In this document: positions 1 to 8,662 of the stretch, in pieces
Position numbering within the stretch: position 1 is the first letter of the stretch
Layout: each line of letters opens with the position of its first letter
DNA from: a virus
IMG/VR virus record: IMGVR_UViG_3300042691_015010
Coordinates: 6,002 to 70,001 of that record
Length of the DNA stretch: 64,000 nucleotides
Reading direction: 5' to 3' (one strand)
The notes under the pieces: model-generated
Seen by the model: only the letters and a program-made list of their open reading frames with translations
Told to the model about the DNA's origin: nothing
Database searches by the model: none
Position numbers and translations under genes: made by a program

Positions 1-2
1 GT

Positions 3-122
3 TGTGTACTAAAGAAAACAGATAAATCGGATGGTTGGTGGACAGATTATCTAGATTATCTTACAGGTGGTGAGTTTAAGCAGAAAGTAAAAGAAGCATT
101 TGGTTCTATTGCAGACAATTGA
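3..122 (+). CDS. 3' end of a hypothetical protein (truncated by window edge)
   Basis: Open frame CVLKKTDKSDGWWTDYLDYLTGGEFKQKVKEAFGSIADN ending TGA at 120-122, just before the next gene's GGAG RBS. Confidence 0.6.
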   Translation, partial: CVLKKTDKSDGWWTDYLDYLTGGEFKQKVKEAFGSIADN

Positions 123-136
123 TTAGGAGATATATT

Positions 137-430
137 ATGACGAACGTTTTTAGTGGTGAATTGAAAGAAGTAAAAAAAGGTCGTAAATGGTTGATCGGTT
201 TACTTGAAAGTGAAGTTGTTGAAGTGGAATTCACAAAGAAAGATGGCACAAATCGTGTGATGCGTTGTACATTACAGGAAGATTATTTGCCTGAAGTAGA
301 AGAAGCAATTCTAATTGAAAAAGACAAATGGAAAAAAGACTCTATTGCGGTCTTTGATATTGAGAAAGAAGGTTGGCGTTCATTTCGTTGGGATTCTATC
401 AAAACGGTGAAGTTTACTCTTGGAGATTAA
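137..430 (+). CDS. Sm-like/WYL_2-type SH3-fold protein common in T4-like phages
   Basis: AGGAGA RBS then ATG at 137; motifs VEFTKKDGTNRVMRCTL and VFDIEKEGWRSFRWDSI. Confidence 0.7.
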   Translation: MTNVFSGELKEVKKGRKWLIGLLESEVVEVEFTKKDGTNRVMRCTLQEDYLPEVEEAILIEKDKWKKDSIAVFDIEKEGWRSFRWDSIKTVKFTLGD

Positions 431-431
431 T

Positions 432-722
432 ATGCCTAAGTATATTGTAGAACAGATTTCCGTACATCGTAATGTATATGTTGTGGAAGCAGAGAATGAA
501 GTAGAAGCAAAGAAAATTGCATCCGTTGCTGATGACAATTGGCAAGCATGGCTCGGTCATCTTGATGTTGATGTAAACGAATATTCAGATGAACGAATTG
601 CTTATTTCAAACACAAAGATTACTTCTGGGATGGTGTATCATACAAAGATGAGAATGGCTATCTTGCATATATACATCCGTCGGGTGAAAGAATAGAACG
701 TAGAGAAATTCCCATCAAATAA
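432..722 (+). CDS. hypothetical protein
   Basis: GGAG RBS then ATG at 432; ORF in track. Confidence 0.7.
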   Translation: MPKYIVEQISVHRNVYVVEAENEVEAKKIASVADDNWQAWLGHLDVDVNEYSDERIAYFKHKDYFWDGVSYKDENGYLAYIHPSGERIERREIPIK

Positions 723-728
723 GTCAAT

Positions 729-805
729 GCGGGCATAGTGTTCAACGGTTAGCACGTGAGCCTTCCAAGCTTGAAGTAGGAGTTCGAATCTCCCTGCCCG
801 CTCCA
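729..805 (+). tRNA. tRNA-Gly (anticodon TCC), CCA encoded
   Basis: GCGGGCA...TGCCCGC acceptor stem + TCCA; anticodon arm TGAGC-CT-TCC-AA-GCTTG; T-loop GTTCGAATC. Confidence 0.95.
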
Positions 806-815
806 AAGGATTATT

Positions 816-1007
816 ATGAAATCGTGGACACTAGAAGTAAAACAAATAGAAGATGGCGATTACATATTAGAATTCAATGATGAGATTCTGGCCGAGACTG
901 GCTGGAAAGAAGGTGATAATCTCACATGGATAGACAACGGTGATGGTTCTTGGACGCTAAAAAAATTAGACGAGAATCATGAAAATACTGAGCAGAATCA
1001 AGAGTAG
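816..1007 (+). CDS. AbrB/MazE/SpoVT-like small DNA-binding protein
   Basis: AAGGA RBS; pattern DGDYILEFNDEILAETGWKEGDNLTW resembles the swapped-hairpin fold. Confidence 0.65.
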   Translation: MKSWTLEVKQIEDGDYILEFNDEILAETGWKEGDNLTWIDNGDGSWTLKKLDENHENTEQNQE

Positions 1008-1034
1008 TTTTTATTATATAATATAGGAGACATT

Positions 1035-1466
1035 ATGAGTTTAAAAGGTACAAAAACAGCGGAGTGCTTGAAAGAGGCTTTTGCTGGTGAATCAATGGCA
1101 AATCGTCGTTATCTGTATTTCGCAAATCAATGTGATATTTCAGGTGAAAACGAATTAGCATCATTGTTCCGTTCTACTGCTGAAGGTGAAACTGGTCACG
1201 CACATGGTCATATGGAATATTTGATTGAAGGTGGTGCAGGTGAACCCGGCACAGGTATGCCAGCAAAAACTGGTAAAGAAATGCTTGAAGCAGCAATCAG
1301 TGGTGAAACACATGAATACTCTGACATGTATCCTGGCATGGCAAAGATTGCACGTGAAGAAGGTTTTGATGAAGTTGCAGATTGGTTTGAAACATTAGCC
1401 AAAGCAGAACGCTCACATGCTAATCGTTATCAAAAAGCATTAGACAAACATCTTTCTGAACAATAA
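1035..1466 (+). CDS. short rubrerythrin (ferritin-like di-iron protein, no rubredoxin domain)
   Basis: [46 protein letters not shown] di-iron ExxH motifs; no C-terminal CxxC pairs. Confidence 0.92.
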   Translation: MSLKGTKTAECLKEAFAGESMANRRYLYFANQCDISGENELASLFRSTAEGETGHAHGHMEYLIEGGAGEPGTGMPAKTGKEMLEAAISGETHEYSDMYPGMAKIAREEGFDEVADWFETLAKAERSHANRYQKALDKHLSEQ

Positions 1467-1475
1467 GGGGAAACT

Positions 1476-1550
1476 ATGAAGTGGACTACACCTGCTGCAC
1501 AAGATATGCGTTTTGGTTTTGAAATCACAATGTATATTGCAAATCGTTAA
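1476..1550 (+). CDS. pqqA: coenzyme PQQ precursor peptide PqqA (24 aa; not in ORF track)
   Basis: AAGGGG RBS; translates MKWTTPAAQDMRFGFEITMYIANR with W-x-x-P, R-x-GFE and the E-x-x-x-Y cross-linking pair. Confidence 0.95.
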   Translation: MKWTTPAAQDMRFGFEITMYIANR

Positions 1551-1553
1551 AAC

Positions 1554-1579
1554 AAAAGCGGCTACCAAGCCGCTTTTTT
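1554..1579. terminator. bidirectional rho-independent terminator
   Basis: AAAAGCGGC-TACCAA-GCCGCTTTTTT between convergent genes. Confidence 0.85.
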
Positions 1580-1747
1580 GTTCCACTTTGCTTTTATTCT
1601 AAACTCGGAATCGTTTTTCATATTCTTCAAAGCAGCATTTACTTGTACTGCCAATTTACAATCTTTGGTAACAAGAATTAGATTATTACCTTTGTTGGTG
1701 TAAACGTAATATGTTTCTTCATCTTCAATATATTCAACGTACATCAT
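1562..1747 (-). CDS. hypothetical protein
   Basis: 61-aa ORF coupled (ATGA overlap) to upstream minus-strand gene. Confidence 0.6.
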   Translation of the reverse strand: MMYVEYIEDEETYYVYTNKGNNLILVTKDCKLAVQVNAALKNMKNDSEFRIKAKWNKKAAW

Positions 1748-2538
1748 TTTGGTATCTCACAGTCAATCCATTTTAGATTTTGGTAGTATTGATATCCCCA
1801 AGTACCTTTTGGTAATAGACAGCGACCCATTTCAGGATAAACTTCAATACGGATTTGTACGATAGCCCATATCAACCAAGAAACGTAAGCAATAAGAATT
1901 GTTGATATACTGTATTTCCAAATATTACATTTGATATGATTTATTCTACGGAGTTTTCTTTCTCTTGATATTCTTGCTTGTCTTTCTTGGCGCTGCATTT
2001 GTTCAGCAATAAGAACAGATTGTCGTTTGCCCATTTCTTTCATCATTGCTTCAACCTCAGTCCACAATGCACCTAATTCTGGAGGACTTTGATAAACCAT
2101 AATCTCACGAAGTTCTGTACTCATTTGCTGAAGTTGTTTTTTCATTAGAACACGATTCAATGCTCTTTTACCAAGACTGTCGTTTCCTGTATAAACTTCG
2201 GTATTACTGCGGCGCTCTTCTTCTTCAAAAACAGCCATACATTTGTAATAGTTATCAAAATATGTACCTAACTGATCACCAATTTGTTGGTAGATGTTGA
2301 CCGTTTCACCATCTTTTTTGTTGAGTTCAATGATGCGGTTCTTTTCCGCAATGTACTGATTACGTTCGGCTGTGGTAGGAGGATGATCTTTGTGTTTCTT
2401 GTTGAATTGGTCGTCCAGGTCCTTGAGAACATCTTTGATGTCCCCCGCAGCACCTTTGATATCTTTGTAAAGTTTACAGCCTTCTTTGACCAGTTTGACT
2501 GCCCCGTTGGCTAGGGCAAAGAGAGTAATCGGATCCAT
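1744..2538 (-). CDS. hypothetical coiled-coil protein with C-terminal transmembrane helix
   Basis: AAAGGA RBS on minus strand; helical charged core, hydrophobic segment YSISTILIAYVSWLIWAIV. Confidence 0.8.
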   Translation of the reverse strand: MDPITLFALANGAVKLVKEGCKLYKDIKGAAGDIKDVLKDLDDQFNKKHKDHPPTTAERNQYIAEKNRIIELNKKDGETVNIYQQIGDQLGTYFDNYYKCMAVFEEEERRSNTEVYTGNDSLGKRALNRVLMKKQLQQMSTELREIMVYQSPPELGALWTEVEAMMKEMGKRQSVLIAEQMQRQERQARISRERKLRRINHIKCNIWKYSISTILIAYVSWLIWAIVQIRIEVYPEMGRCLLPKGTWGYQYYQNLKWIDCEIPK

Positions 2539-2594
2539 TATCCTTTATGCAACATTTCCTATAAGAAACATGAAAACGTTCAAAAAAGACAATC

Positions 2595-2624
2595 TTGACA
2601 ATCACCCACTATTTATGCTACAAT
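2595..2624 (+). promoter_or_regulatory. sigma70-type early promoter
   Basis: TTGACA-N18-TACAAT with extended TG, upstream of gene at 2659. Confidence 0.75.
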
Positions 2625-2658
2625 GTGTTTTGGTGAATAAATACATCATGGAGATGTT

Positions 2659-3726
2659 ATGAGTAGAACAATTGACGTAAAGGCACTATTATCAAATAAC
2701 AAAGAACCCAAGTTTTCGGGTGAATTGTCACAATCGCAACTGACTCAGGCGCTGAGTTGGTATGCTCAAAATCGTGATAGCAAAGATGCAACAAAATACG
2801 CTACCGATTACTTCAAAAAGAAACTCAAAATCCCGGCTCCAGACGGTCTGAAATCCCAGCCCAGTACATTCGGGTTCATCTGTAGAATCGTGAGCACTGG
2901 AGGGGTCCTAAACGCTTCCAACACTACTTGGTTCAATGAAACAATCGACAAACTCAAACAAGCAACATCAGTTGCCAAACCGACAACCACAAATATCGTA
3001 TCAATTCAGGATCACATTAAGCGGAAAGCATCCGACTGTATCGGAGAACTGGAAGGTCAAATTGACGAATTGATAACAACAGAGTTCAAAGCAAATGTTT
3101 CACCTTATGCAACAATGACTGGCATGGAAGTCAAGGGTGCACATACCAAATTTGTAATTGAACATTTCAAAACACGCCGTGCAGAATATGATGATGTTTT
3201 GACAACCACTGATGCTGATATCAAAGAAGCATATTCAAACTTTACGAAAACACAATTGAAAAAACTTGTTGCATATTGTGATCAGGTAATTGTTGATAGC
3301 ATGAAACTTGCTGGTGATGCGGTGAAGTCACGCAAGCCACGCAAACGCAAGGCAAAATCGGCCGATCAAGTTGTTGCTAAAATGAACTACGCAAAAGATT
3401 TTGCCGAATTGAAACTTGTGTCTATTGATCCTAAAACAATCATCGGTGCATCTTCATTGTGGGTGTATAATACCAAAACACGTAAACTTGGTGTTTATCA
3501 TGCACTTGATGCTGTTGGTCTTGGTATCAAAGGTTCTACGATACAAAACTTTGCCGAGAGTAAGTCAATCAGCAAAACGCTGCGTAAGCCAGCAGTTACT
3601 TTACCAGAAGTATTGAAAGCTGGTAAAGTTGCACTCCGAAACATACTAAACGACATTCGTGCCGCAGAAACACAGTTGACAGGCCGAATCAATAATGATA
3701 CAATTTTATTGAGAACAGTAAAATGA
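2659..3726 (+). CDS. conserved hypothetical protein of T4-like phages
   Basis: 355-aa ORF with GGAG RBS; C-terminal LWVYNTKTRKLGVY...KTLRKP...LTGRIN pattern; coupled to rnh. Confidence 0.8.
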   Translation: MSRTIDVKALLSNNKEPKFSGELSQSQLTQALSWYAQNRDSKDATKYATDYFKKKLKIPAPDGLKSQPSTFGFICRIVSTGGVLNASNTTWFNETIDKLKQATSVAKPTTTNIVSIQDHIKRKASDCIGELEGQIDELITTEFKANVSPYATMTGMEVKGAHTKFVIEHFKTRRAEYDDVLTTTDADIKEAYSNFTKTQLKKLVAYCDQVIVDSMKLAGDAVKSRKPRKRKAKSADQVVAKMNYAKDFAELKLVSIDPKTIIGASSLWVYNTKTRKLGVYHALDAVGLGIKGSTIQNFAESKSISKTLRKPAVTLPEVLKAGKVALRNILNDIRAAETQLTGRINNDTILLRTVK

Positions 3727-4571
3727 TAATCTTTGACTACAATCAAGTAGCCATCTCTACATTGATGGAACAGATCGGTTCATCTAAAAAACCGGTTGAA
3801 GAAGCATTGGTACGACACATGATACTCAATGTTATCCGAACATATGTAAAGAAATTCAAGGCTACACATGGACCAGAAGTGGTAATTGCATGTGACAATC
3901 GCAATTACTGGCGCCGTGAAGTATTTCCACAATACAAAGCATCACGTAGAAAAGCACGTGAGTCCTCTGGTCATGACTGGAACTCCATCTTTGAATGTCT
4001 ACACAAAATCAAAGAAGAACTAAAAGAACATTCACCATACAAAGTGGTTGATGTTGATACCGCAGAAGCAGATGATATTATTGCCACTTTGACGATACGC
4101 AATTCGGCGCATCAAAAGATAATGATTCTATCATCCGACAAAGACTTTGCACAGTTGCAAAAGTTTGCCAATGTTGAGCAGTATTCGCCAATACTAAAGA
4201 AGTTCATCAAAGAACCTCTGCCAGCGGTGCAATTGAAACAGATGATTATTCGTGGTGACAAGGGCGACGGCATACCAAACATCCTATCTGCTGATGATAG
4301 CATTATCAATGGTATTCGTCAAAAGCCTATCACTGAAGCCAAAATCATAAACTGGCTCAATCAAGCACCAGAAGAGTTCTGTGAAGGTGAAATGCTGCGT
4401 AATTACAAACGCAATGAAATGATGATTGATCTGACCAAAGTGCCAGAAACACTCCAGCAATCCATCATAGATACATATGATAGTGCTACTGGTCACACCA
4501 AACAGCATTTCATGAATTACATGATTGCAAATAAACTGAAAAACTTGATTGAAGTCATTGACGAATTTTAG
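3723..4571 (+). CDS. rnh: T4-type RNase H / 5'-3' exonuclease
   Basis: IIFDYNQV, WRREVFPQYKASR, EADDIIA, ILSSDKDFAQLQ, GDKGDGIPNI. Confidence 0.95.
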   Translation: MIIFDYNQVAISTLMEQIGSSKKPVEEALVRHMILNVIRTYVKKFKATHGPEVVIACDNRNYWRREVFPQYKASRRKARESSGHDWNSIFECLHKIKEELKEHSPYKVVDVDTAEADDIIATLTIRNSAHQKIMILSSDKDFAQLQKFANVEQYSPILKKFIKEPLPAVQLKQMIIRGDKGDGIPNILSADDSIINGIRQKPITEAKIINWLNQAPEEFCEGEMLRNYKRNEMMIDLTKVPETLQQSIIDTYDSATGHTKQHFMNYMIANKLKNLIEVIDEF

Positions 4572-4583
4572 AAATGGAAAACT

Positions 4584-5015
4584 ATGAGTTCTGAGAAACT
4601 ATACTCCGAAATATTTGAAGAGTTTGAAAAAACAACAACAAAACAGGAACGAATAAACCTTCTTCGTCGTGAAGGCGATGAACGCTTTCGTTTCTTTCTA
4701 CAATTAGCATTCAATCCTGCAATTGAGTTTGATATTGTGTTACCACACATGTATCGTCCAGCAAAAGAACCAGCTGGGTTGAACTTTGCTTATCTTGATA
4801 CCGAGATGCCTAAGATGTATCGGTTTATCAAGAATCATCCAATGCGTCCACCAGAGTTTACCGCAGATAAGACTACGCAGATTATTTTGGTTATATTAGA
4901 ATCACTGCACCGTGATGAGTCTGCGCTTTTTCTGAAAATACTAAAAAAAGAATTCAAAGTAAAAAATCTTACACACAATTTAGTCAAAGAAGCATTTCCT
5001 GATTTAGTGATATGA
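4584..5015 (+). CDS. conserved hypothetical protein (T4-like, usually downstream of rnh)
   Basis: ILESLHRDESALF...LVKEAFPDL pattern. Confidence 0.75.
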   Translation: MSSEKLYSEIFEEFEKTTTKQERINLLRREGDERFRFFLQLAFNPAIEFDIVLPHMYRPAKEPAGLNFAYLDTEMPKMYRFIKNHPMRPPEFTADKTTQIILVILESLHRDESALFLKILKKEFKVKNLTHNLVKEAFPDLVI

Positions 5016-5509
5016 GAATAGTCGTTGTCTCTGGTGGTTTTGATCCCATTCATTCAGGTCATCTTGCAATGCTGCGTGAAGCAGCGGGCATGGGCGACAA
5101 ACTAATCGTTGGTGTAAACTCCGACATCTGGCTCACACGCAAGAAAGGCAAACCGTTCATGAACATACATGAACGCAAGGCTATTCTGCAAGCAATTCGT
5201 TGGGTAGATGAAGTGTTGGAGTTTGACGATTCTGATGGTACTGCATGTGAATTACTTGAACGAGTAATATCATATTATACAACACGAATATATGAAAGTC
5301 ATGAGTTTATTTTCGCAAACGGCGGAGATAGAACTGAAGAAAACAATGCCGAAGCAAATGTACCTGGATGGCAATTTGCTTATGGTGTTGGTGGTAGTGA
5401 TAAAAGGAATTCATCATCTTGGTTATTGAGGAGCTGGAATGAAAGTAGCGATAGTGACACCGACCATAGGTTCAGATTATTTGGAGAAGTGCGTAGAGTC
5501 AATCCGTAA
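5012..5509 (+). CDS. cytidylyltransferase-like nucleotidyltransferase (TagD/RfaE-like)
   Basis: VVSGGFDPIHSGH (HxGH), LIVGVNSD, FANGGDR, SSS motifs. Confidence 0.9.
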   Translation: MRIVVVSGGFDPIHSGHLAMLREAAGMGDKLIVGVNSDIWLTRKKGKPFMNIHERKAILQAIRWVDEVLEFDDSDGTACELLERVISYYTTRIYESHEFIFANGGDRTEENNAEANVPGWQFAYGVGGSDKRNSSSWLLRSWNESSDSDTDHRFRLFGEVRRVNP

Positions 5510-6197
5510 TCAAACTTATGAAAATCTAACACATTATATTTTTGTTGATGGTGACGAATATACAGACAAAGTTATAGAAGTCACAAAAAATATTTCTGAT
5601 GAAAAAATAAAAGGAGTATTTCTTGAAGAGAATGTTGGCAAAGGTTGGTACGGGCATCGTGTATATGCTGCATGTGGTTTTCTTGTCAATGCTGATGTTG
5701 TATGTTATCTTGACGAAGATAATTGGTTTGAACCTAATCATGTTGAGAAACTTGTGGAGAGAATCCAAAAAGGTGCTGATTGGGCATACTCACTGAGAAA
5801 GATTGTTGATAAAGAAGGTAATTATGTTTGTGATGATAACTGTGAATCATTAGGCCAATGGCCAATCTATTTCAATCCCGATGCATATCATATTGATACT
5901 TCATCATTCATGGTGAAGGCTGATATTGCCCGTAAACTTGGTGCAGCATGGTATGGACAGTGGGGTGCAGATCGCCAGTTCTTCAATGCACTGAAGCAAT
6001 ATTTTCCAAACTTTGCATGTTCAAAACAGTATTCGTTGAACTATCGGTTAGATGGTAATCCTAATTCTGTGAATGCAGAGTTCTTTGATAAAGGTAATGC
6101 AGAAAACGCCAAACAATATCCAGATGGCTTTCCTTGGCAAAAGCAATACTCTGAAGAGTATATTGTAGGTCCTGGTATAACAATAGTGAGTGGATAA
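5439..6197 (+). CDS. glycosyltransferase family 2
   Basis: VAIVTPT, ESIRNQTYEN, FVDG, YLDEDNW (DxD). Confidence 0.88.
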   Translation: MKVAIVTPTIGSDYLEKCVESIRNQTYENLTHYIFVDGDEYTDKVIEVTKNISDEKIKGVFLEENVGKGWYGHRVYAACGFLVNADVVCYLDEDNWFEPNHVEKLVERIQKGADWAYSLRKIVDKEGNYVCDDNCESLGQWPIYFNPDAYHIDTSSFMVKADIARKLGAAWYGQWGADRQFFNALKQYFPNFACSKQYSLNYRLDGNPNSVNAEFFDKGNAENAKQYPDGFPWQKQYSEEYIVGPGITIVSG

Positions 6198-6397
6198 TGT
6201 CAGAAACACATAAGAGAACGATTGTTCGTGCAATCAGTTGGCGTATCGTAGCAACATTAGTTACAGCAGCATTTACAGGACTGTCTGGTGCTATTATCAT
6301 CAATATTTGGATGACTGTTGCACATTACATTCACGAAAGAGCATGGTTGAAATTGAATTGGGGAAAAATAAATGAAAGTGCAGAACACGGAGATTGA
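6197..6397 (+). CDS. DUF2061-like small membrane protein
   Basis: ETHKRTIVRAISWRIVAT...YIHERAW pattern. Confidence 0.75.
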   Translation: MSETHKRTIVRAISWRIVATLVTAAFTGLSGAIIINIWMTVAHYIHERAWLKLNWGKINESAEHGD

Positions 6398-6869
6398 AGG
6401 ACTAAAAGTTATTCAACCGATAGTGTATGAAGATTATCGTGGCACAAACTTTGAATCATACAACAAGTTTACCTATCATCATGATGACATCACACACTCA
6501 TTTGTAGTAGATAGCATTTCAACATCACGCAAGCATGTTCTTCGTGGTATTCATGGTGATGACAAAACCACAAAGCTAGTTTCATGTTTATATGGTACAA
6601 TTTTTGTTGTGGTAGTTGATACTAGATATCCGTCAAGAACTTTTAGGGTGTATGAAACATTTACTTTGTCTGATAGAAACAAACATCAATTGTTGATTCC
6701 ACCTGGGTGTGGTAATGCTCACTTAGTTATGTCTGACGAGTGTGTATTCAGTTACAAACTTGATCAATATTATGATCGTGATTCACAGTTTACAATCAAG
6801 TGGAATGATCCGATGTATAACATTCCTTGGCCTATAAAAAATCCTATTTTGTCAGAAAGAGATAGATGA
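6372..6869 (+). CDS. rmlC: dTDP-4-dehydrorhamnose 3,5-epimerase-like cupin
   Basis: EDYRG, VLRGIH, KLVSCLYG, LLIPPGCGNAH, WNDP...WP...PILSERD. Confidence 0.9.
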   Translation: MKVQNTEIEGLKVIQPIVYEDYRGTNFESYNKFTYHHDDITHSFVVDSISTSRKHVLRGIHGDDKTTKLVSCLYGTIFVVVVDTRYPSRTFRVYETFTLSDRNKHQLLIPPGCGNAHLVMSDECVFSYKLDQYYDRDSQFTIKWNDPMYNIPWPIKNPILSERDR

Positions 6870-7840
6870 GAACAGCACTTGTTACTGGTGGTGCAGGTTA
6901 TCTTGGATCACACTTAGCAAAAGCACTGAAGCAAGCAGGATATTACACATTTTGTTTTGATTTGAAACTCCCAGAAAATAGAAAGTATTGGGACAATCAA
7001 ATCATGGGTGATATTCGTAGTCGTGAAGATTTAGATGAAGTATTTGAAAAGTTTGGTCGAATACATAAACAAAAGTTTGATGTAGTATTTCATCTTGCCG
7101 GACTCATTGAAGTTGGCGAATCTGTCAACGAGCCTGAAGAATATTGGCAAACAAACGTAGGTGGCACTTGCAATCTACTTACCACAATGAAATCATATAA
7201 TGTTAGGAATATTGTTTACTCTTCTACTGCTGGGCTTTATCGTTCGACTGGGACGGACCTATCAGAAAAAGATCAAATAGCAGAAAACAATCCGTATGCA
7301 AACAGCAAACATGCTGCGGAATGTGCAATCCGTAATTCAACTATGAATTATGTTATCTTTAGATTTTTCAATCTTGCTGGTGCTGATCCAGAATGTGAGA
7401 TGGGTGAATGCCATGATCCAGAAACACACTTGATTCCGGCAATGTTTGAAAATCTAAATAACTTTGTTATCAATGGTGATGGATACAGAACTGTTGATGG
7501 AACTTGTGTTCGTGATTATGTGCACGTATCGGATGTTGCTGATGCACATATTCTAGCCGACAACTATTTACAAACACGATTATCAAACCAACCAAGATTA
7601 TTCAATCTAGGCACTGGAAAAGGTCACACTATTTTACAAGTGATTGACGCTGCTGAAAAAGAATTGAAAGTCAAAGTAGACTATTCTTTTGGTCCAAGAA
7701 GAGAGGGTGATCCTCCACGATTGGTCGCAATTCCAGACCTTGCCAAAACATTTCTAAACTTCAAACCTAAACATAATTTGACATCTATTTTGAGAACGGC
7801 ATATAATTGGTATGAGCACCGAAACAGAAATACAATTTGA
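6866..7840 (+). CDS. galE: UDP-glucose 4-epimerase
   Basis: LVTGGAGYLGSH, VGESV, YANSK (YxxxK), RFFNLAGA, ETHLIP, DGTCVRDYVHVSD, RREGDP. Confidence 0.92.
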   Translation: MRTALVTGGAGYLGSHLAKALKQAGYYTFCFDLKLPENRKYWDNQIMGDIRSREDLDEVFEKFGRIHKQKFDVVFHLAGLIEVGESVNEPEEYWQTNVGGTCNLLTTMKSYNVRNIVYSSTAGLYRSTGTDLSEKDQIAENNPYANSKHAAECAIRNSTMNYVIFRFFNLAGADPECEMGECHDPETHLIPAMFENLNNFVINGDGYRTVDGTCVRDYVHVSDVADAHILADNYLQTRLSNQPRLFNLGTGKGHTILQVIDAAEKELKVKVDYSFGPRREGDPPRLVAIPDLAKTFLNFKPKHNLTSILRTAYNWYEHRNRNTI

Positions 7841-8342
7841 TCATTATGCACATTTTCTTTCGGGTAATATTGATCCGATGAACATTGAGGCTGCTTCACG
7901 ATGGTTACTATATGCCAAGTTCAACAAGATAGAAAAACCATTGACACTTCACATAAACTCCGAGGGTGGTGATCTAGGTGATGCCATTGGTCTTGTTGAT
8001 CTGATGCGTGGACTTGGTGTCACTGTCCGTACACTTGGCTATGGTAATGTGTTGAGTGCTGGCTTTATGATATTTGCTGCTGGCCAAAAAGGTTACAGAG
8101 CCATAGGCAAAAACACAACAATCATGATTCATCAATTCAATGACGGATTTGATGGCAAGTATCACGACATGAAAGCATATGCCAAAGAGTGTGACAGATA
8201 CAACAAAAAGATGGAACAGATATTGTCCGAGTGTTCCAATCTTACAGTCAAGGATGTGAGAACGAAACTTCTAAAGTCAACTGATGTCTGGTTGTCGGCC
8301 GAAGAGTTATTAGAGTATGGTATTGCTGATATTATCTTTTAG
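7812..8342 (+). CDS. clpP: ClpP-family protease subunit
   Basis: LHINSEGG, NVLSAG (Ser), IMIHQ (His), TDVWLSAEE (Asp), YGIADII. Confidence 0.88.
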   Translation: MSTETEIQFDHYAHFLSGNIDPMNIEAASRWLLYAKFNKIEKPLTLHINSEGGDLGDAIGLVDLMRGLGVTVRTLGYGNVLSAGFMIFAAGQKGYRAIGKNTTIMIHQFNDGFDGKYHDMKAYAKECDRYNKKMEQILSECSNLTVKDVRTKLLKSTDVWLSAEELLEYGIADIIF

Positions 8343-8353
8343 GAGTAATAAAT

Positions 8354-8530
8354 ATGTTGTCGGGCGGTAAAAAGTTCCAGAAGCCAAAAAAGACCAAATT
8401 TCACAAAAACCATGAGAGCGATGAGTATCGTAATTTGAAGCATCAAAAACATCATGATAAGACGATGTATCGCCTGTTAAAACAGGAAAACGATTATGTC
8501 TTACAAGGACGAACTGAAGAAACAAATTGA
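8354..8530 (+). CDS. small basic hypothetical protein (58 aa, not in track)
   Basis: AGGAG RBS; MLSGGKKFQKPKKTKFHKNHESDEYRNLKHQKHHDK... Confidence 0.65.
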   Translation: MLSGGKKFQKPKKTKFHKNHESDEYRNLKHQKHHDKTMYRLLKQENDYVLQGRTEETN

Positions 8531-8657
8531 GCAAATTGAAACATCCCTAGACGTAGACAAAATACGCCTTCAGCAACTCTACCGTGAGTTGGCTGATGTA
8601 CAACTGAAAGAAAGAATTGGTGAGCAGCCTGTAAGCACACAATTACTGCAAGGGTAA
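8496..8657 (+). CDS. small coiled-coil hypothetical protein (53 aa, not in track)
   Basis: AGGA RBS; MSYKDELKKQIEQIETSLDVDKIRLQQLYRELADVQLKERIGEQPVSTQLLQG. Confidence 0.65.
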   Translation: MSYKDELKKQIEQIETSLDVDKIRLQQLYRELADVQLKERIGEQPVSTQLLQG

Positions 8658-8662
8658 TTGGA

